This document shows positions 47,216 to 61,019 of a stretch of 64,000 nt of DNA, in pieces. Within the stretch, counting starts at the first letter, position 1. Each line of letters starts with the position of its first letter. A program made the position numbers and the translations under genes. The notes under the pieces were generated by a model. It did not search any database. It saw only the letters and a program-made list of their open reading frames with translations, and was not told where the DNA came from. The DNA is from Octopus vulgaris (Eukaryota): the NCBI GenBank assembly GCA_951406725.2, contig OX597841.1:17546001-17610000 (forward strand). Reading direction: 5' to 3'.

Positions 47216-50200
47216 TTCTTTACTACCCACAAGGGGCTAAACACAGAGAGGACAAACAAGGACAGACAAAGGGATTAAGTCGACTACATCGACCCCAGTG
47301 CGTAACTGGTACTTAATTTATCGACCCCGAAAGGATGAAAGGCAAAGTCGACCTCGGCGGAATTTGAACTCGGAACGTAACAGCGACAGACGAAATACGG
47401 CTACGAATTTCGCCCGGCGTGCTAACGTTTCTACCAGCTCGCCGCCTTATATATATATATATATGCATTAACACAAGTTTATATGGATGTGTGTGTATGT
47501 ATATATATATATATATGCATTAGCACAAGTTTGTATGGATGTGTGTGTATGTATATATATATATATATGCATTAACACAAGTTTATATAGATGTGTGTGT
47601 ATGTGTATATATATATATATATATATTTCTTTACTACCCACAAGGGGCTAAACACAGAGGGGACAAACAAGGACAGACAAAGGGATTAAGTCGACTACAT
47701 CGACCCCAGTGCGTAACTGGTACTTAATTTATCGACCCCGAAAGGATGAAAGGCAAAGTCGACCTCGGCGGAATTTGAACTCGGAACGTAACGACAGACG
47801 AAATACGGCTACGAATTTCGCCCGGCGTGCTAACGTTTCTACCAGCTCGCCGCCTTATATATATATATATATGCATTAACACAAGTTTATATGGATGTGT
47901 GTGTATGTATGTATATATATATATATATATGCATTAACACAAGTTTATATGGATGTGTGTGTATGTATATATATATATATATATATGCATTAACACAAGT
48001 TTATATGGATGTGTGTGTATGTATATATATATATATATATATGCATTAACACAAGTTTATATGGATGTGTGTGTATGTATATATATATATATATGCATTA
48101 ACACAAGTTTATATAGATGTGTGTGTATGTGTATATATATATATATATATATTTCTTTACTACCCACAAGGGGCTAAACACAGAGGGGACAAAGAAGGAC
48201 AGACAAAGGGATTAAGTCGACTACATCGACCCCAGTGCGTAACTGGTACTTAATTTATCGACCCCGAAAGGATGAAAGGCAAAGTCGACCTCGGCGGAAT
48301 TTGAACTCGGAACGTAACGACAGACGAAATACGGCTACGAATTTCGCCCGGCGTGCTAACGTTTCTACCAGCTCGCCGCCTTATATATATATATATATGC
48401 ATTAACACAAGTTTATATGGATGTGTGTGTATGTATGTATATATATATATATGCATTAACACAAGTTTATATGGATGTGTGTGTATGTATATATATATAT
48501 ATATGCATTAACACAAGTTTATATGGATGTGTGTGTATGTATATATATATATATATGCATTAACACAAGTTTATATGGATGTGTGTGTATGTATATATAT
48601 ATATATATATATGCATTAACACAAGTTTATATGGATGTGTGTGTATGTATATATATATATATATATATGCATTAACACAAGTTTATATGGATGTGTGTGT
48701 ATGTATGTATATATATATATATATATGCATTAACACAAGTTTATATGGATGTGTGTGTATGTATATATATATATATATATGCATTAGCACAAGTTTGTAT
48801 GGATGTGTGTGTATGTATATATATATATATATATATATGCATTAACACAAGTTTATATGGATGTGTGTGTATGTATATATATATATATATGCATTAACAC
48901 AAGTTTATATGGATGTGTGTGTATGTATATATATATATATATGCATTAACACAAGTTTGTATGGATGTGTGTGTATGTATATATATATATATATGCATTA
49001 ACACAAGTTTGTATGGATGTGTGTGTATGTATATATATATATATATGCATTAACACAAGTTTGTATGGATGTGTGTGTATGTATATATATATATATATGC
49101 ATTAACACAAGTTTGTATGGATGTGTGTGTATGTATATATATATATATATGCATTAACACAAGTTTATATGGATGTGTGTGTATGTATATATATATATAT
49201 ATGCATTAGCACAAGTTTGTATGGATGTGTGTGTATGTATATATATATATATATATGCATTAGCACAAGTTTGTATGGATGTGTGTGTATGTATATATAT
49301 ATATATGCATTAACACAAGTTTATATGGATGTGTGTGTATGTATATATATATATATATGCATTAACACAAGTTTGTATGGATGTGTGTGTATGTATATAT
49401 ATATATATATGCATTAACACAAGTTTGTATGGATGTGTGTGTATGTATATATATATATATATGCATTAACACAAGTTTATATGGATGTGTGTGTATGTAT
49501 ATATATATATATATGCATTAACACAAGTTTATATGGATGTGTGTGTATGTATATATATATATATATGCATTAACACAAGTTTATATGGATGTGTGTGTAT
49601 GTATATATATATATATATGCATTAACACAAGTTTGTATGGATGTGTGTGTATGTATATATATATATATATGCATTAACACAAGTTTATATGGATGTGTGT
49701 GTATGTATATATATATATATATGCATTAACACAAGTTTGTATGGATGTGTGTGTATGTATATATATATATATATGCATTAACACAAGTTTATATGGATGT
49801 GTGTGTATGTATATATATATATATATGCATTAACACAAGTTTGTATGGATGTGTGTGTATGTATATATATATATATATGCATTAACACAAGTTTATATGG
49901 ATGTGTGTGTATGTATATATATATATATATGCATTAACACAAGTTTGTATGGATGTGTGTGTATGTATATATATATATATATGCATTAACACAAGTTTAT
50001 ATGGATGTGTGTGTATGTATATATATATATATATGCATTAACACAAGTTTATATGGATGTGTGTGTATGTATATATATATATATATGCATTAACACAAGT
50101 TTGTATGGATGTGTGTGTATGTATATATATATATATATGCATTAACACAAGTTTATATGGATGTGTGTGTATGTATATATATATATATATGCATTAACAC

Positions 50201-50495
50201 AAGTTTATATGGATGTGTGTGTATGTATATATATATATATATGCATTAACACAAGTTTGTATGGATGTGTGTGTATGTATATATATATATATATGCATTA
50301 GCACAAGTTTGTATGGATGTGTGTGTATGTATATATATATATATATGCATTAGCACAAGTTTGTATGGATGTGTGTATGTATATATATATATATATGCAT
50401 TAGCACAAGTTTGTATGGATCTGTGTGTATGTATGTATGTATATATATATATATATATATATGCATTAACACAAGTTTATATGGATGTGTGTGTA
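47150..50495. repeat. ~50-bp minisatellite ATGCATTAACACAAGTTTATATGGATGTGTGTGTATG(TA)n with three embedded SINE A copies; resumes at 53018-53100
   Basis: Dozens of near-identical units. SINE A (minus) at about 47214, 47624 and 48150. Confidence 0.95.
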
Positions 50496-52667
50496 TTGAG
50501 TGCCACAGACCAAGTTTGTGGATGGTGCAAAGTCCCTTCCAGACCTAGAATTACGTGGTGGTGGAATAGTGCAGTAGATAAAGCCATCTGTGAAAAGAGA
50601 CGGGCCTGGAAAGCCTGGAAGGATGGGGGCAGCAGGGAACTGTACCAGATAGCCAAAAGGGAGGCTGGGCGGCAGGTATACATTGCCAAAGATGTAGCAG
50701 AAAAGAAGAAGTTTGCCAATGTCCAGCGTCGCGAGGATCAAAGAGCTGAAGTATTTCGGATTGCCAGACAGTGTGTCAGAGAAAATAGCGATGTTATAGG
50801 AGAGAAATGTGTCCGCATGGATGATGGGGCACTTGCTTTTACTACTAGTGAAAAGAAAGAGGCTTGGAGAAGCCATTATGAAAGACTGCTAAATGAGGAG
50901 AATGAATGGGAGGAGGAGAGCCTGCCAAATGTTGACCCAGTAGAGGGACCAGCTACCCGAATAGACAGCTCCCTTGTAGATAAGGCAATTAAGGATATGA
51001 AACCAGGCAAAGCCCCTGGCCTATCAGGAATCACTGCTGAGATGCTTAAAACAGCTGGCTATGTGGGCCATGCCATAGTCACCCGCATTGTAAACCAGGT
51101 AGTTCACAATGGAGCCATACCCAATGACTGGTGCAGCAGTACCATAGTCAACTGCTACAAGGGTAAGGGTGATGCTCTAGATAGAAATAACTACAGAGGT
51201 ATCAAACTGTTGGACCAGGTGATGAAGGTCTCAGAGAAGGTCATAACCAATCTCATTAGGGAGAGAATTTGTTTAGATGAAATGCAGTTCGGTTTTGTAC
51301 CAGGTAGAAGCACCACTGATGCTATATTCCTGGTCCGACAACTGCAGGAGAAGTACCTAGCTAAAGATAAACCCCTCTACATAGCTTTTGTAGACTTGGA
51401 GAAAGCCTTTGACAGGGTTCCCCGTTCCCTTATCTGGTGGTCGATGCGGAAACTGGAGATTGAAGAATGGCTAATAAGGGCTGTACAGGCTCTATACAGA
51501 GAGGCTGTTAGCAAGGTTAGGATTGGCAACGAATATAGTGAAGAATTCCGAGTAGAAGTAGGTGTGCACCAGGGCTCAGCCCTCAGTCCCCTTTTGTTCA
51601 TCATAGTCCTTCAAGCAATAACAGAGGAATTCAAAACGGGATGCCCCTGGGAGCTCCTCTATGCCGATGACCTAGCTCTCATAGCAGAATCACTACCGGA
51701 ACTAGAAGAGAAATTTCGGGTATGGAAGCAAGGGTTGGAATCAAAGGGCCTTAGAATAAATGTAGCAAAGACCAAAGTATTAGTAAGCAGCAAGAGGTAC
51801 TCAACACACATCCCCTCGGGTAGGTGGCCCTGCTCAACCTGTAGGAAAAGTACAGGTAGAAACTCCATAAGATGCACCCAATGTAAGTTATGGACACATA
51901 AGAGGTGCAGCAACATTAAAGGGAAATTAACAGATAAGATAGCTTTCATGTGCGGCAGATGCACAGGGACAATAGACACAACAGACACTCAGAAAACAGA
52001 TTCCATCACACTCCAGGGAGAGAAACTAGAAGTAGTTGATAGTTTCCGCTACCTGGGAGACCAAGTTAGTAGCGGAGGTGGATGCACAGAGAGTATCACC
52101 ACTAGAACACGAATAGCCTGGGCAAAGTTCAGAAAGCTCCTACCCCTACTGGCAACAAAAGGCCTCTCCCTCAGAGCAAAAGGTAGATTATATGATGCAT
52201 GTGTGCGAACTGCCATGCTTCACGGTAATGAAACATGGGCTGTGACTGCAGAAGACATGCGTAGACTTGAAAGAAATGAAGCTAGCATGATCCGCTGGAT
52301 GTGTAGTGTCAGTGTGCACGCAAAACAGAGCGTAAGTATCCTGAGAGAAATGCTGGATATAAGAAGCATCAGATGTGGTGTGCAAGAGCGACGCTTGCGA
52401 TGGTATGGTCATGTGCTGCGGATGGATGAAGAGAGATGTGTGAAGAAGTGCCACTCCCAAACAGTTGAAGGTATCAGGGGGAGAGGTAGACCCAGGAAGA
52501 CATGGGATGAGGTGGTCAAGCATGACCTCAGAGCATTGGGCCTCACTGAGGCAATGGCGAAGGACCGAGATCTCTGGAGATATGCTGTGACTACAAAGAC
52601 CCGGGCTGCTTTCTGCAGCAATTCCACATACCCCCTACCCATTCTAAGTACCCCCTACCCATTCTAA
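50496..52667 (+). CDS. RTE reverse transcriptase (partial, no endonuclease) with an embedded PHD-type zinc finger
   Basis: NYRGIKLL, QFGF, FVDLEKAFD, GVHQGSALSPLLF, YADD (51660), FRYLG. C4HC3 finger at 51831-51962. The ORF-track start at 50265 is minisatellite read-in. Confidence 0.9.
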   Translation: MSATDQVCGWCKVPSRPRITWWWNSAVDKAICEKRRAWKAWKDGGSRELYQIAKREAGRQVYIAKDVAEKKKFANVQRREDQRAEVFRIARQCVRENSDVIGEKCVRMDDGALAFTTSEKKEAWRSHYERLLNEENEWEEESLPNVDPVEGPATRIDSSLVDKAIKDMKPGKAPGLSGITAEMLKTAGYVGHAIVTRIVNQVVHNGAIPNDWCSSTIVNCYKGKGDALDRNNYRGIKLLDQVMKVSEKVITNLIRERICLDEMQFGFVPGRSTTDAIFLVRQLQEKYLAKDKPLYIAFVDLEKAFDRVPRSLIWWSMRKLEIEEWLIRAVQALYREAVSKVRIGNEYSEEFRVEVGVHQGSALSPLLFIIVLQAITEEFKTGCPWELLYADDLALIAESLPELEEKFRVWKQGLESKGLRINVAKTKVLVSSKRYSTHIPSGRWPCSTCRKSTGRNSIRCTQCKLWTHKRCSNIKGKLTDKIAFMCGRCTGTIDTTDTQKTDSITLQGEKLEVVDSFRYLGDQVSSGGGCTESITTRTRIAWAKFRKLLPLLATKGLSLRAKGRLYDACVRTAMLHGNETWAVTAEDMRRLERNEASMIRWMCSVSVHAKQSVSILREMLDIRSIRCGVQERRLRWYGHVLRMDEERCVKKCHSQTVEGIRGRGRPRKTWDEVVKHDLRALGLTEAMAKDRDLWRYAVTTKTRAAFCSNSTYPLPILSTPYPF

Positions 52668-53017
52668 GTACCCCGGATCCCCAAAGTACCCCGGATCCCC
52701 AAAGTACCCTGGATCCCCAAAATACCCCGATCCCCAAAGTACCCCGGACCTCGTTGCCCCCGTGCCGCTGACACGTTAAAATGCTCGAATCCGATCGTGA
52801 CGATGCCGGACCCTCCGGCCCCTGTGCAGGTGGCACGTAAAAAGCACCCAATCCACTCACGGAGTGGTTGGCGTTAGGAAGGGCATCCAGCCGTAGAAAC
52901 TCTGCCAGATTCAGACTGGAGCCTGGAGCGGCCACTGGCTTCCCAGACCCGGTCAAACCGTCCAACCCGTGCTAGCGCGGAAAGCGGACGTTAAACGATG
53001 ATGATGATGATGATGAT
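50496..53017 (+). mobile_element. 5'-truncated RTE-clade LINE with 3'UTR and (GAT)n tail
   Basis: Open RT frame, C-terminal RRLRWYGHVLRM...RGRGRPRKTW, short tandem repeats at 52625-52750, inserted into the minisatellite. Confidence 0.95.
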
Positions 53018-53255
53018 ATGCATTAGCACAAGTTTATATGGATGTGTGTGTATGTATATATATATATATATGCATTAGCACAAGTTTGTATGGATGTGTA
53101 TATATATATATATATGTATTGTATTTGTGCATTTATATAGATACACACATGTCTAGGTGTATAATATATATGCATATATTAATATACACTTATGTGAATA
53201 TGTATATATAGTGTGGTGTGTATATATGTGTGTGTGTATGCGTATACACAACACT

Positions 53256-53312
<57 letters not shown>

Positions 53313-53694
53313 ATGGCATTTGTGCATATATATATTTATACACTCACGTGTGTCTAGGTGTATAATGTATATGCATGTATTAATATACATTTCTGTGAAT
53401 GTGTGTGTGTGTGTGTGTATATATTTATATATATATGCATTAGCACATAAGTCTGTATTGATGTGTGTGTGTGTGTGTGTGTGTGTGTATACACGGCACT
53501 TGTGCATATATATGTATCACATTTGTGCATTTATATATATATATATATACACACACACATGTCTATGCGTATATGTATTTATTAATATACATGTGTATAT
53601 ATATGTATCACATTTGTGCATTTATATATATATATATATACACACACACACATGTCTATGCGTATATGTAATTATTAATATACATGTGTATATA

Positions 53695-53726
<32 letters not shown>

Positions 53727-54444
53727 CACACACGCACACACACAAAATGTCTCATGACAGGGCAGCATATAGGAATTGTAATTAATATTACAACACTGGG
53801 AGGTGAACTGGCAGACGTGGTAAAGCCTTGAAATTAAATGCTTCAGGCTTCTTAGCCTTCTGAGTTCAAATCCCACCAAAGTCGTTTTTACCTTTTTTTT
53901 TTTTTTATCCTTTCAAGGTTGATAAAATCAAGTACCAGCCGACTATTGAGATAAGTGACATTGATTGATCCCCTCCCCTCAAAAGTGTCTGACCTCGAGC
54001 CAATAATTTGAAATTATTATTATTGGTCGACTTTGCCTTTTCTCCTTTCAGGCTCCATAAATTAAGTACCAGTTGCATACTGGGGTCAATCAAACCGACT
54101 GACTCCCTCCCACAAAATTTCGGGCCCTGTGCCTGGGATAGAAAAGATTATTATTATTATTATTATTATTATTGTTGCTAACACTACTGCTCTTGCCTTG
54201 CTGAAAACTGGGTCTTTGGATTTCATTGAATTCACAGCCATAACCTTGCTGGTAATACATATAAATTCCTCTGCAATCAGTAGATACATTTGTCAGCAGT
54301 AATAGCAATGGGATTGGTTTTAGCTAAGGGTGGGCATGTAATGTCAGCAGTGGTGGCCACTAGAATGAGTTTACAAATCAAAAGTGGGCAAATATGTCAG
54401 GAATGTGTATATCTTGCAGATATACATCTAAAAATAAATGTTTG

Positions 54445-54450
54445 AATGTG

Positions 54451-54487
<37 letters not shown>

Positions 54488-54576
54488 GTCTGTGTGTGTG
54501 TGTGTGTGTATATATATGTATGTCTGTGTGTGTGTGTGTGTATATATATGTCTGTGTGTGTGTGTGTATATATATG

Positions 54577-54607
<31 letters not shown>

Positions 54608-54608
54608 G

Positions 54609-54641
<33 letters not shown>

Positions 54642-54862
54642 GTCTGTATGTGTGTGTGTATATATATATATATATGTGTGTATGTGTGTGTGTATATATA
54701 TATGTCTGTATGTGTGTGTGTATATATATATATATATGTCTGTATGTGTGTGTGTATATATATATGTCTGTGTGTGTGTGTATATATATATATATATGTC
54801 TGTATGTGTGTGTGTATATATATATATATATGTCTGTATGTGTGTGTGTATATATATATGTC

Positions 54863-54901
<39 letters not shown>

Positions 54902-54904
54902 GTC

Positions 54905-54959
<55 letters not shown>

Positions 54960-55268
54960 ATATATATCTGTATGTGTATGTATATATAGGAGTATGTGTG
55001 TATACATATGCATGTGCGTGTATATACTTGAATCTTTATATATGTGTGAATATATGTGTTTGTGAATGCATATATATGTATGTATATACATGTGTGTGTA
55101 TGCATGTATGTATATACATGTGTGTATGAATATTTGTATATATATATGTGTGTGTATATGTGTAAGTATATATGTGAGGATATGCATATGTACATGTATA
55201 TATATTTGTTTTTATGTATATATCTATGTGTATGTATACGTGTGTGTTTGTGTGTGTGAGTGTATATA

Positions 55269-55324
<56 letters not shown>

Positions 55325-55345
55325 TCATGCATACACACACACAGC
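54445..55345. repeat. Compound (TG)n(TA)n minisatellite / microsatellite
   Basis: Direct inspection. Confidence 0.95.
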
Positions 55346-55544
55346 AACTACAAGTATTTAACAACAGATATTTGAAGATATATATAAATATATATATTCA
55401 AATTTTGTTTTATAAGCAGCTCAGTAATGCAAACATTATCAATAAGGGCTGGTGCAGCTTTTTGGGTCGCCGGTCCCCAGTCAAACCATCCAACCCATGC
55501 CAGCATGGAAAGCAGACATTATACGACGACGATGATGATGATGT

Positions 55545-56380
55545 TTCTAGGAAGCTGAGGCAATTACCAATTGATTGCAGATAAATGAAAAATGTTATGT
55601 TTTTGAGCAGAGGCAGTTATGAACCCATGGGTAAATTAAATTGTGGTTTCTAGGAATCTGAGGCAATTATCAACTGATTGTGGGTAAATGAGAAAAGCAG
55701 TAGAGGCTGTTATGAACCTGTGGGTAAATTAAATTGTGGTTTCTAGGAATCTGAGGCAATTATCAACTGATTGTGGGTAAATGAGAAAAGCAGTAGAGGC
55801 TGTTATGAACCTGTGGGTAAATTAAATTGTGGTTTCTAGGAATCTGAGGCAATTATCAACTGATTGTGGGTAAATGAGAAAAGCAGTAGAGGCTGTTATG
55901 AACCTGTGGGTAAATTAAATTGTGGTTTCTAGGAATCTGAGGCAATTATCAACTGATTGTGGGTAAATGAGAAAAGCAGTAGAGACTGTTATGAACCCGT
56001 GGGTAAATTAAATTGTGGTTTCTAGGAATCTGAGGCAATTATCAACTGATTGTGGGTAAATGAGAAAAGCAGTAGAGGCTGTTATGAACCTGTGGGTAAA
56101 TTAAATTGTGGTTTCTAGGAATCTGAGGCAATTATCAACTGATTGTGGGTAAATGAGAAAAGCAGTAGAGGCTGTTATGAACCTGTGGGTAAATTAAATT
56201 GTGGTTTCTAGGAATCTGAGGCAATTATCAACTGATTGTGGGTAAATTGAGAAAAGCAGTAGAGGCTGTTATGAACCTGTGGGTAAATTAAATTGTGGTT
56301 TCTAGGAATCTGAGGCAATTATCAACTGACTGTGGGTAAATGAGAAAAGCAGTAGAGGCTGTTATGAACCTGTGGGTAAA
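55545..56380. repeat. 93-bp tandem repeat, 8 near-identical copies plus 1 diverged
   Basis: TAGGAATCTGAGG recurs at 55651, 55744, 55837 and onward. Confidence 0.95.
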
Positions 56381-58385
56381 ATAGTGATAGATTTTTAACC
56401 ATTTGAGGCAACTGACAATTGATTGTGGATAAATGATAAAAATGTAATGGATAATTAGACACTAATTAATTAGACACTAATTAACCGTGTGGGCAAAATA
56501 AATAGTTTTTAATCAGCTGTGGCAATTACTGATTGTGGGTATATTGGCCACAGAGGTAACCGACAGGAGTAATTAAGAAAGAAGTTGATAAATAATTTAG
56601 GTTAAACCAGATGATGTAGTTACCAACAGAGGGTGGGTAACTGAAAAATATGATGGTAATCACTTGAGGCAGTGGGTCGATTTACCTGTAACAGTGGTTT
56701 CTAGCAAGCTGAGGTAATTACCAACTGATTGGGAGTAAAATGAGAAAGTGATGGTAAGCAGCAGAGGCAGTTATGAATGTATGGGTAAAAATAGTGTTTT
56801 CTTTTTACCACCTGGTAAAAATAAAAATAAAAACTCTGATGGTAACCAGCAGAAACAATTATGAACCTGTGGGTAAATATACAAAAAACCTTGATGGTAA
56901 CAGGCAGAGATAGTTATAAATCTGAAGGTAAAAGAAAGTGGGGTTTTTTTTTACCAGCTGAAGTAATTACCAAGAGATTGTAGGTAAATAAAGAATTGAT
57001 GGTAACCAGCAGAAACAGCTATGAACCTGTGGGTAAAATAAAGTTGTTTTTTTACCAGCTGAAGTAATTACCAAGAGATTGTAGGTAAATAAAAAAGAAT
57101 TGATGGTAACCAGCAGAAACAGCTATGAACCTGTAGGTAAAATTCAGTCGGGTTTCTTTTTTTACCAGCTGGAGTAATTATCAAGCGATTGTGGACAAAT
57201 TAAAAAAAAACAACTTTTATGGTACTTAGCAGAAACAGTTATGAATTTGTGGGAAAAATAAAGTTGTTTTATTTTAACACCTGAAGCAATTACCAAGAGA
57301 TTCTGGGTAAATAAAAAAAAATTGATGGTAACTGGCAGAAACAGTTATGGGTAAAATAAAGTGGGTTTATTTACCAGCTGAAGCAATTACCAAGACATTG
57401 TGGGTAAATAAAAAAGAAACTTTGATGATAACCAGCAGAAACAGTTATTAACCAGTGAGTAAAATAAATTGGGTTTATTACCAGCTGAAGCAAATACCAA
57501 GAGACTGAGGTGAAACGTTAAAAATTTTTTGATGGTAACCAGAGGAAACAGCTATGAACCTGTGGTTAAAACGCTTTCTTTCCCTTTTACCAGTGAAGGT
57601 AGTTACAAAGAGGTTGTGGGGAAAGAAAAAAGCTTCGATGGTAATCAGTAGAGACAGTTATGAACCTGTGGTTAAAATAAAGTGGCTTTCATTTACCAGG
57701 TGAGGTAATTACCAATGAATTGTGGGGAACAAAAAAAATTAATGGTAACCAGCAGAAACAGTTACAAACATGTGGGTAGAATAAAGTGTTTTTTTCTTTT
57801 ACCAACTGGAGCAATTACCAAGGGGTTCTGGGTAAATAATAAAAATTTATGGTAACCAGCAGAAATAGTTATGAGTAAAATTGTCTTGTTTTTTTTTTTA
57901 ACCAGCTGAAATAATTAGCAAGAGAATGTAGGTAAAAAAAGAAAGAGTTTGGTGGTAACCAGCAAAAAGTTATAAATCAGTGGGTTTCATTTATCAGCTG
58001 TGGTAATTACCAAGAGATTCTGGTAAAAAAAATTGGTGGTAACCAGCAGAAAGTTATAAAAAGTGGATAAAATAAAATAGCTTTTATTTACCAGTTGAGG
58101 TAATTATAAAAAGAGATTCTGGGTTAAAAATAAAAAAAAATTGATGGTAACCAGTAGAAAGTTATGAACTTGTGGTTAAATCTAACAAGGATTTTAAAAA
58201 CCAACAGAAGAAATTACTACCTGTGGGTAAATTAAAGATGATAGTATCCCATAGAGATAGTGTATCTCCTAACTGGGGGTAGATCTTTTTAAACAGAGCT
58301 GGTAACTCTGAAGGTGATGGTATAGTTACCATGGTATAGTTACCAAGCCAACTTTGGGTAAGTTATATGAATGGTAAAACCATTA
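56380..58385. repeat. Diverged ~110-bp dimeric satellite related to the 93-bp repeat
   Basis: Alternating subunits CCAGCTGAAGCAATTACCAAGAGATTGTGGGTAAA and CCAGCAGAAACAGTTATGAACCTGTGGGTAAA. Confidence 0.85.
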
Positions 58386-58878
58386 GAGGCAGAGAAAAAG
58401 AATGGGTGGGCAAAGGTTTTGGGTGTCTACCTCTATTGCTAACAATATGTGGTTTATGCTGTTGAGGTGAGCAAAATACCATTGCAGTGGTATTTCCGGA
58501 GCAATAACGGTAAGCAAAGGGCAATAGTTAAGTCGATGGTATGGTAGCAATATGGAAGTGGTGTATGGCAATGTGATGTTTCATGTGTGGTGCTAGTTGT
58601 TGTTATGATCCACGTCAAACTCTAATGAGCAAAACCATGGTTAGTGACAACCCAGCCACGACACACCAATGTTTTTTGGAGCATATTACTGCTGGTCCTT
58701 CTGTTACTTAAAAACTGCAAGGTGTGAGTGCAGGCAGATTTGGCCGCTATTTCTAGCAGGTTGAGATCATGGTATGGTGATGGACTGCATGAAGATATGG
58801 TAATATGATGGTTTGTGCATATGTGTATATACATATATGCATGTGTACATATGCATGCATATATATATATATATATAT

Positions 58879-59058
58879 ACCATATTTTAACATGTATAAG
58901 GAATCCTCGTGTATAAAGAATCCCCTAATTTGTGGGACTTAAAATGTGGAAAAAGGGTTTTGTAAGGGATTATGATACTGTCCTTATATAAGAAAGTCCC
59001 ATTTTTTTAAAACTAAATTTTAGACAAAAAGGGTTCCTTATACACATTAAAATACAGT
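58879..59058. mobile_element. Degenerate pogo-like MITE
   Basis: TA|CCATATTTTAACATGTATAAGGAATCC ... GGTTCCTTATACACATTAAAATACAG imperfect TIRs. Confidence 0.5.
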
Positions 59059-59545
59059 GTATATATATATATATATATATATACACATTCAAAATGTGAC
59101 CGCGTGTGTACCATTGGCAATTTTTTTCCCTCTGTCTTCCCTTCTCTGGATCTTTCCTTCTCCTGTGTTTCCAACAAAGAGCTCCGCTCGAAACGTCAAA
59201 CCCTCCTTCTTTCCTTCCTTCCTGAGCGTCCAATAATACTATATTTGTTCCACGTCCTCGTGTTGTTGTGTGTTTTTTTTTGTGCTTTCTTGTTTGGATT
59301 AACTTATATATATATATATATATACATGTGTATATGTGTGTGTGTATATGGTATCAAGACATTTACCCCCCCCCCCATAGGACAATTCTCCCCGACGACA
59401 ATTACCCCCCTTGGTTAATTACCCCCTTCCCAATATATTAAGAAGTTTTAAATCATCATCTGTTGTCCTTAAAGGTCATTGTCCTTGGGGAGAGGTTATT
59501 GTTCATGGAGGGGGGGGGGCTAAATGTCCTAGACTCATATGTATG

Positions 59546-59592
<47 letters not shown>

Positions 59593-60137
59593 GTACATAT
59601 ATTCTCTATCTGTTTATTTCGTCATGTTCCTTCCTGTTGAAGAGCAAAGGCTCAAAATGTAAAAGACTTTCTCACCTTCCCGAGTGTTAAACTAATACAC
59701 CTGTTTGTTGTTTATACACCTGTCTTCGTCTTTTTTGATCTTTTTGTAAATTCCAACTATATATCAAATACGTATACATATATATACACACACACACACA
59801 TACTGTAGTAGCATCGATACCATTCCATATATGGCACAAACCAATGAAGAAATGGTAAGCAAAGGACAATCGTAAAAATGATAGCTTAATGGTACCATGG
59901 TTTCATGTGAACCTAACACCAGTAATTCAATAGACAATATATATTTAAATACCATTACAGTGGTATGGCTCCATAGAACACAATCAATATGTAGTATGTA
60001 TCCCTGTGGTGGTAAATAAATCATTGATAAATGTAGCTGGTATGATGGTTTGGTGGATATAGTCTAACATTCAATCTATCTATTTATCTATCTATCTGTC
60101 TATCTATCAATCTCTCTATCTATATCTATCTATCTAT

Positions 60138-60190
<53 letters not shown>

Positions 60191-60235
60191 TTCTATCTAT
60201 CTGTCTGTCTGTCTATCTGTCTGTCTGTCTATCTG

Positions 60236-60286
<51 letters not shown>

Positions 60287-60369
60287 GTCTGTCTATCTGT
60301 CTATCTCTCTTTCTATCTATCTATCTGTCTATCTCTCTATCTATCTATCTATTTATCTATTTATCTATC

Positions 60370-60445
<76 letters not shown>

Positions 60446-60559
60446 TCTATCTGTTTATCTATCTATTTGTCTGTCTATGTATGTATGTATGTATGTATGT
60501 ATCTGTCTGTCTATTTATCTACCTATCTCTCCAACAGTCTATCTATCCAGCTATCTATC

Positions 60560-60960
60560 TGTTCTTGAGCAAGATACTCCATTTCACATTGTCCCATCCA
60601 CTCAGCCGCGAATGGCTAACCCTGTGACAGACTAGCCCTTCATTTCAGACGAACGTGTGATCTTGGTCACTCACAGATCATAGAAGATGGGAAACCAGCC
60701 CAGAGGGTAGCGAAGGCATGTGACTGAATGGTCAGCATGTTGCAATCATGACCACAAAATCGTGGTTTCAATTCTTGAACTGGGCAGTACATTGTTTTCT
60801 TGAGCAAAACACTATAATACATGTTGATCCAGTCCACGCAGCTTTGAGTGAGTTAACCTGTGATGGACTGGTGTCCTGTCCAGGGGGTATGTAGTCATCT
60901 TGGTCACTGGTATGCTATAGAAACCGGCCCCGTGAACCAAAGGACTCGAGAGAGTAATGT
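60560..60960 (+). mobile_element. Old V-SINE-like elements
   Basis: tRNA-like head at ~60712, CTTGAGCAA, AACCTGTGATGGACTGGTGTCCTGTCCAGGG (V-domain-like). Confidence 0.55.
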
Positions 60961-61019
60961 CCAGCAGCTGATGGTGATGATGATGATGATGGTGATGGTG
61001 ATGACATGTGCCATTCTCG

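Noticed and set aside
50265-50495. N-terminus of an 800-aa protein or full-length active LINE
   Set aside because: This part is minisatellite read in frame. The LINE is 5'-truncated and lacks the endonuclease.
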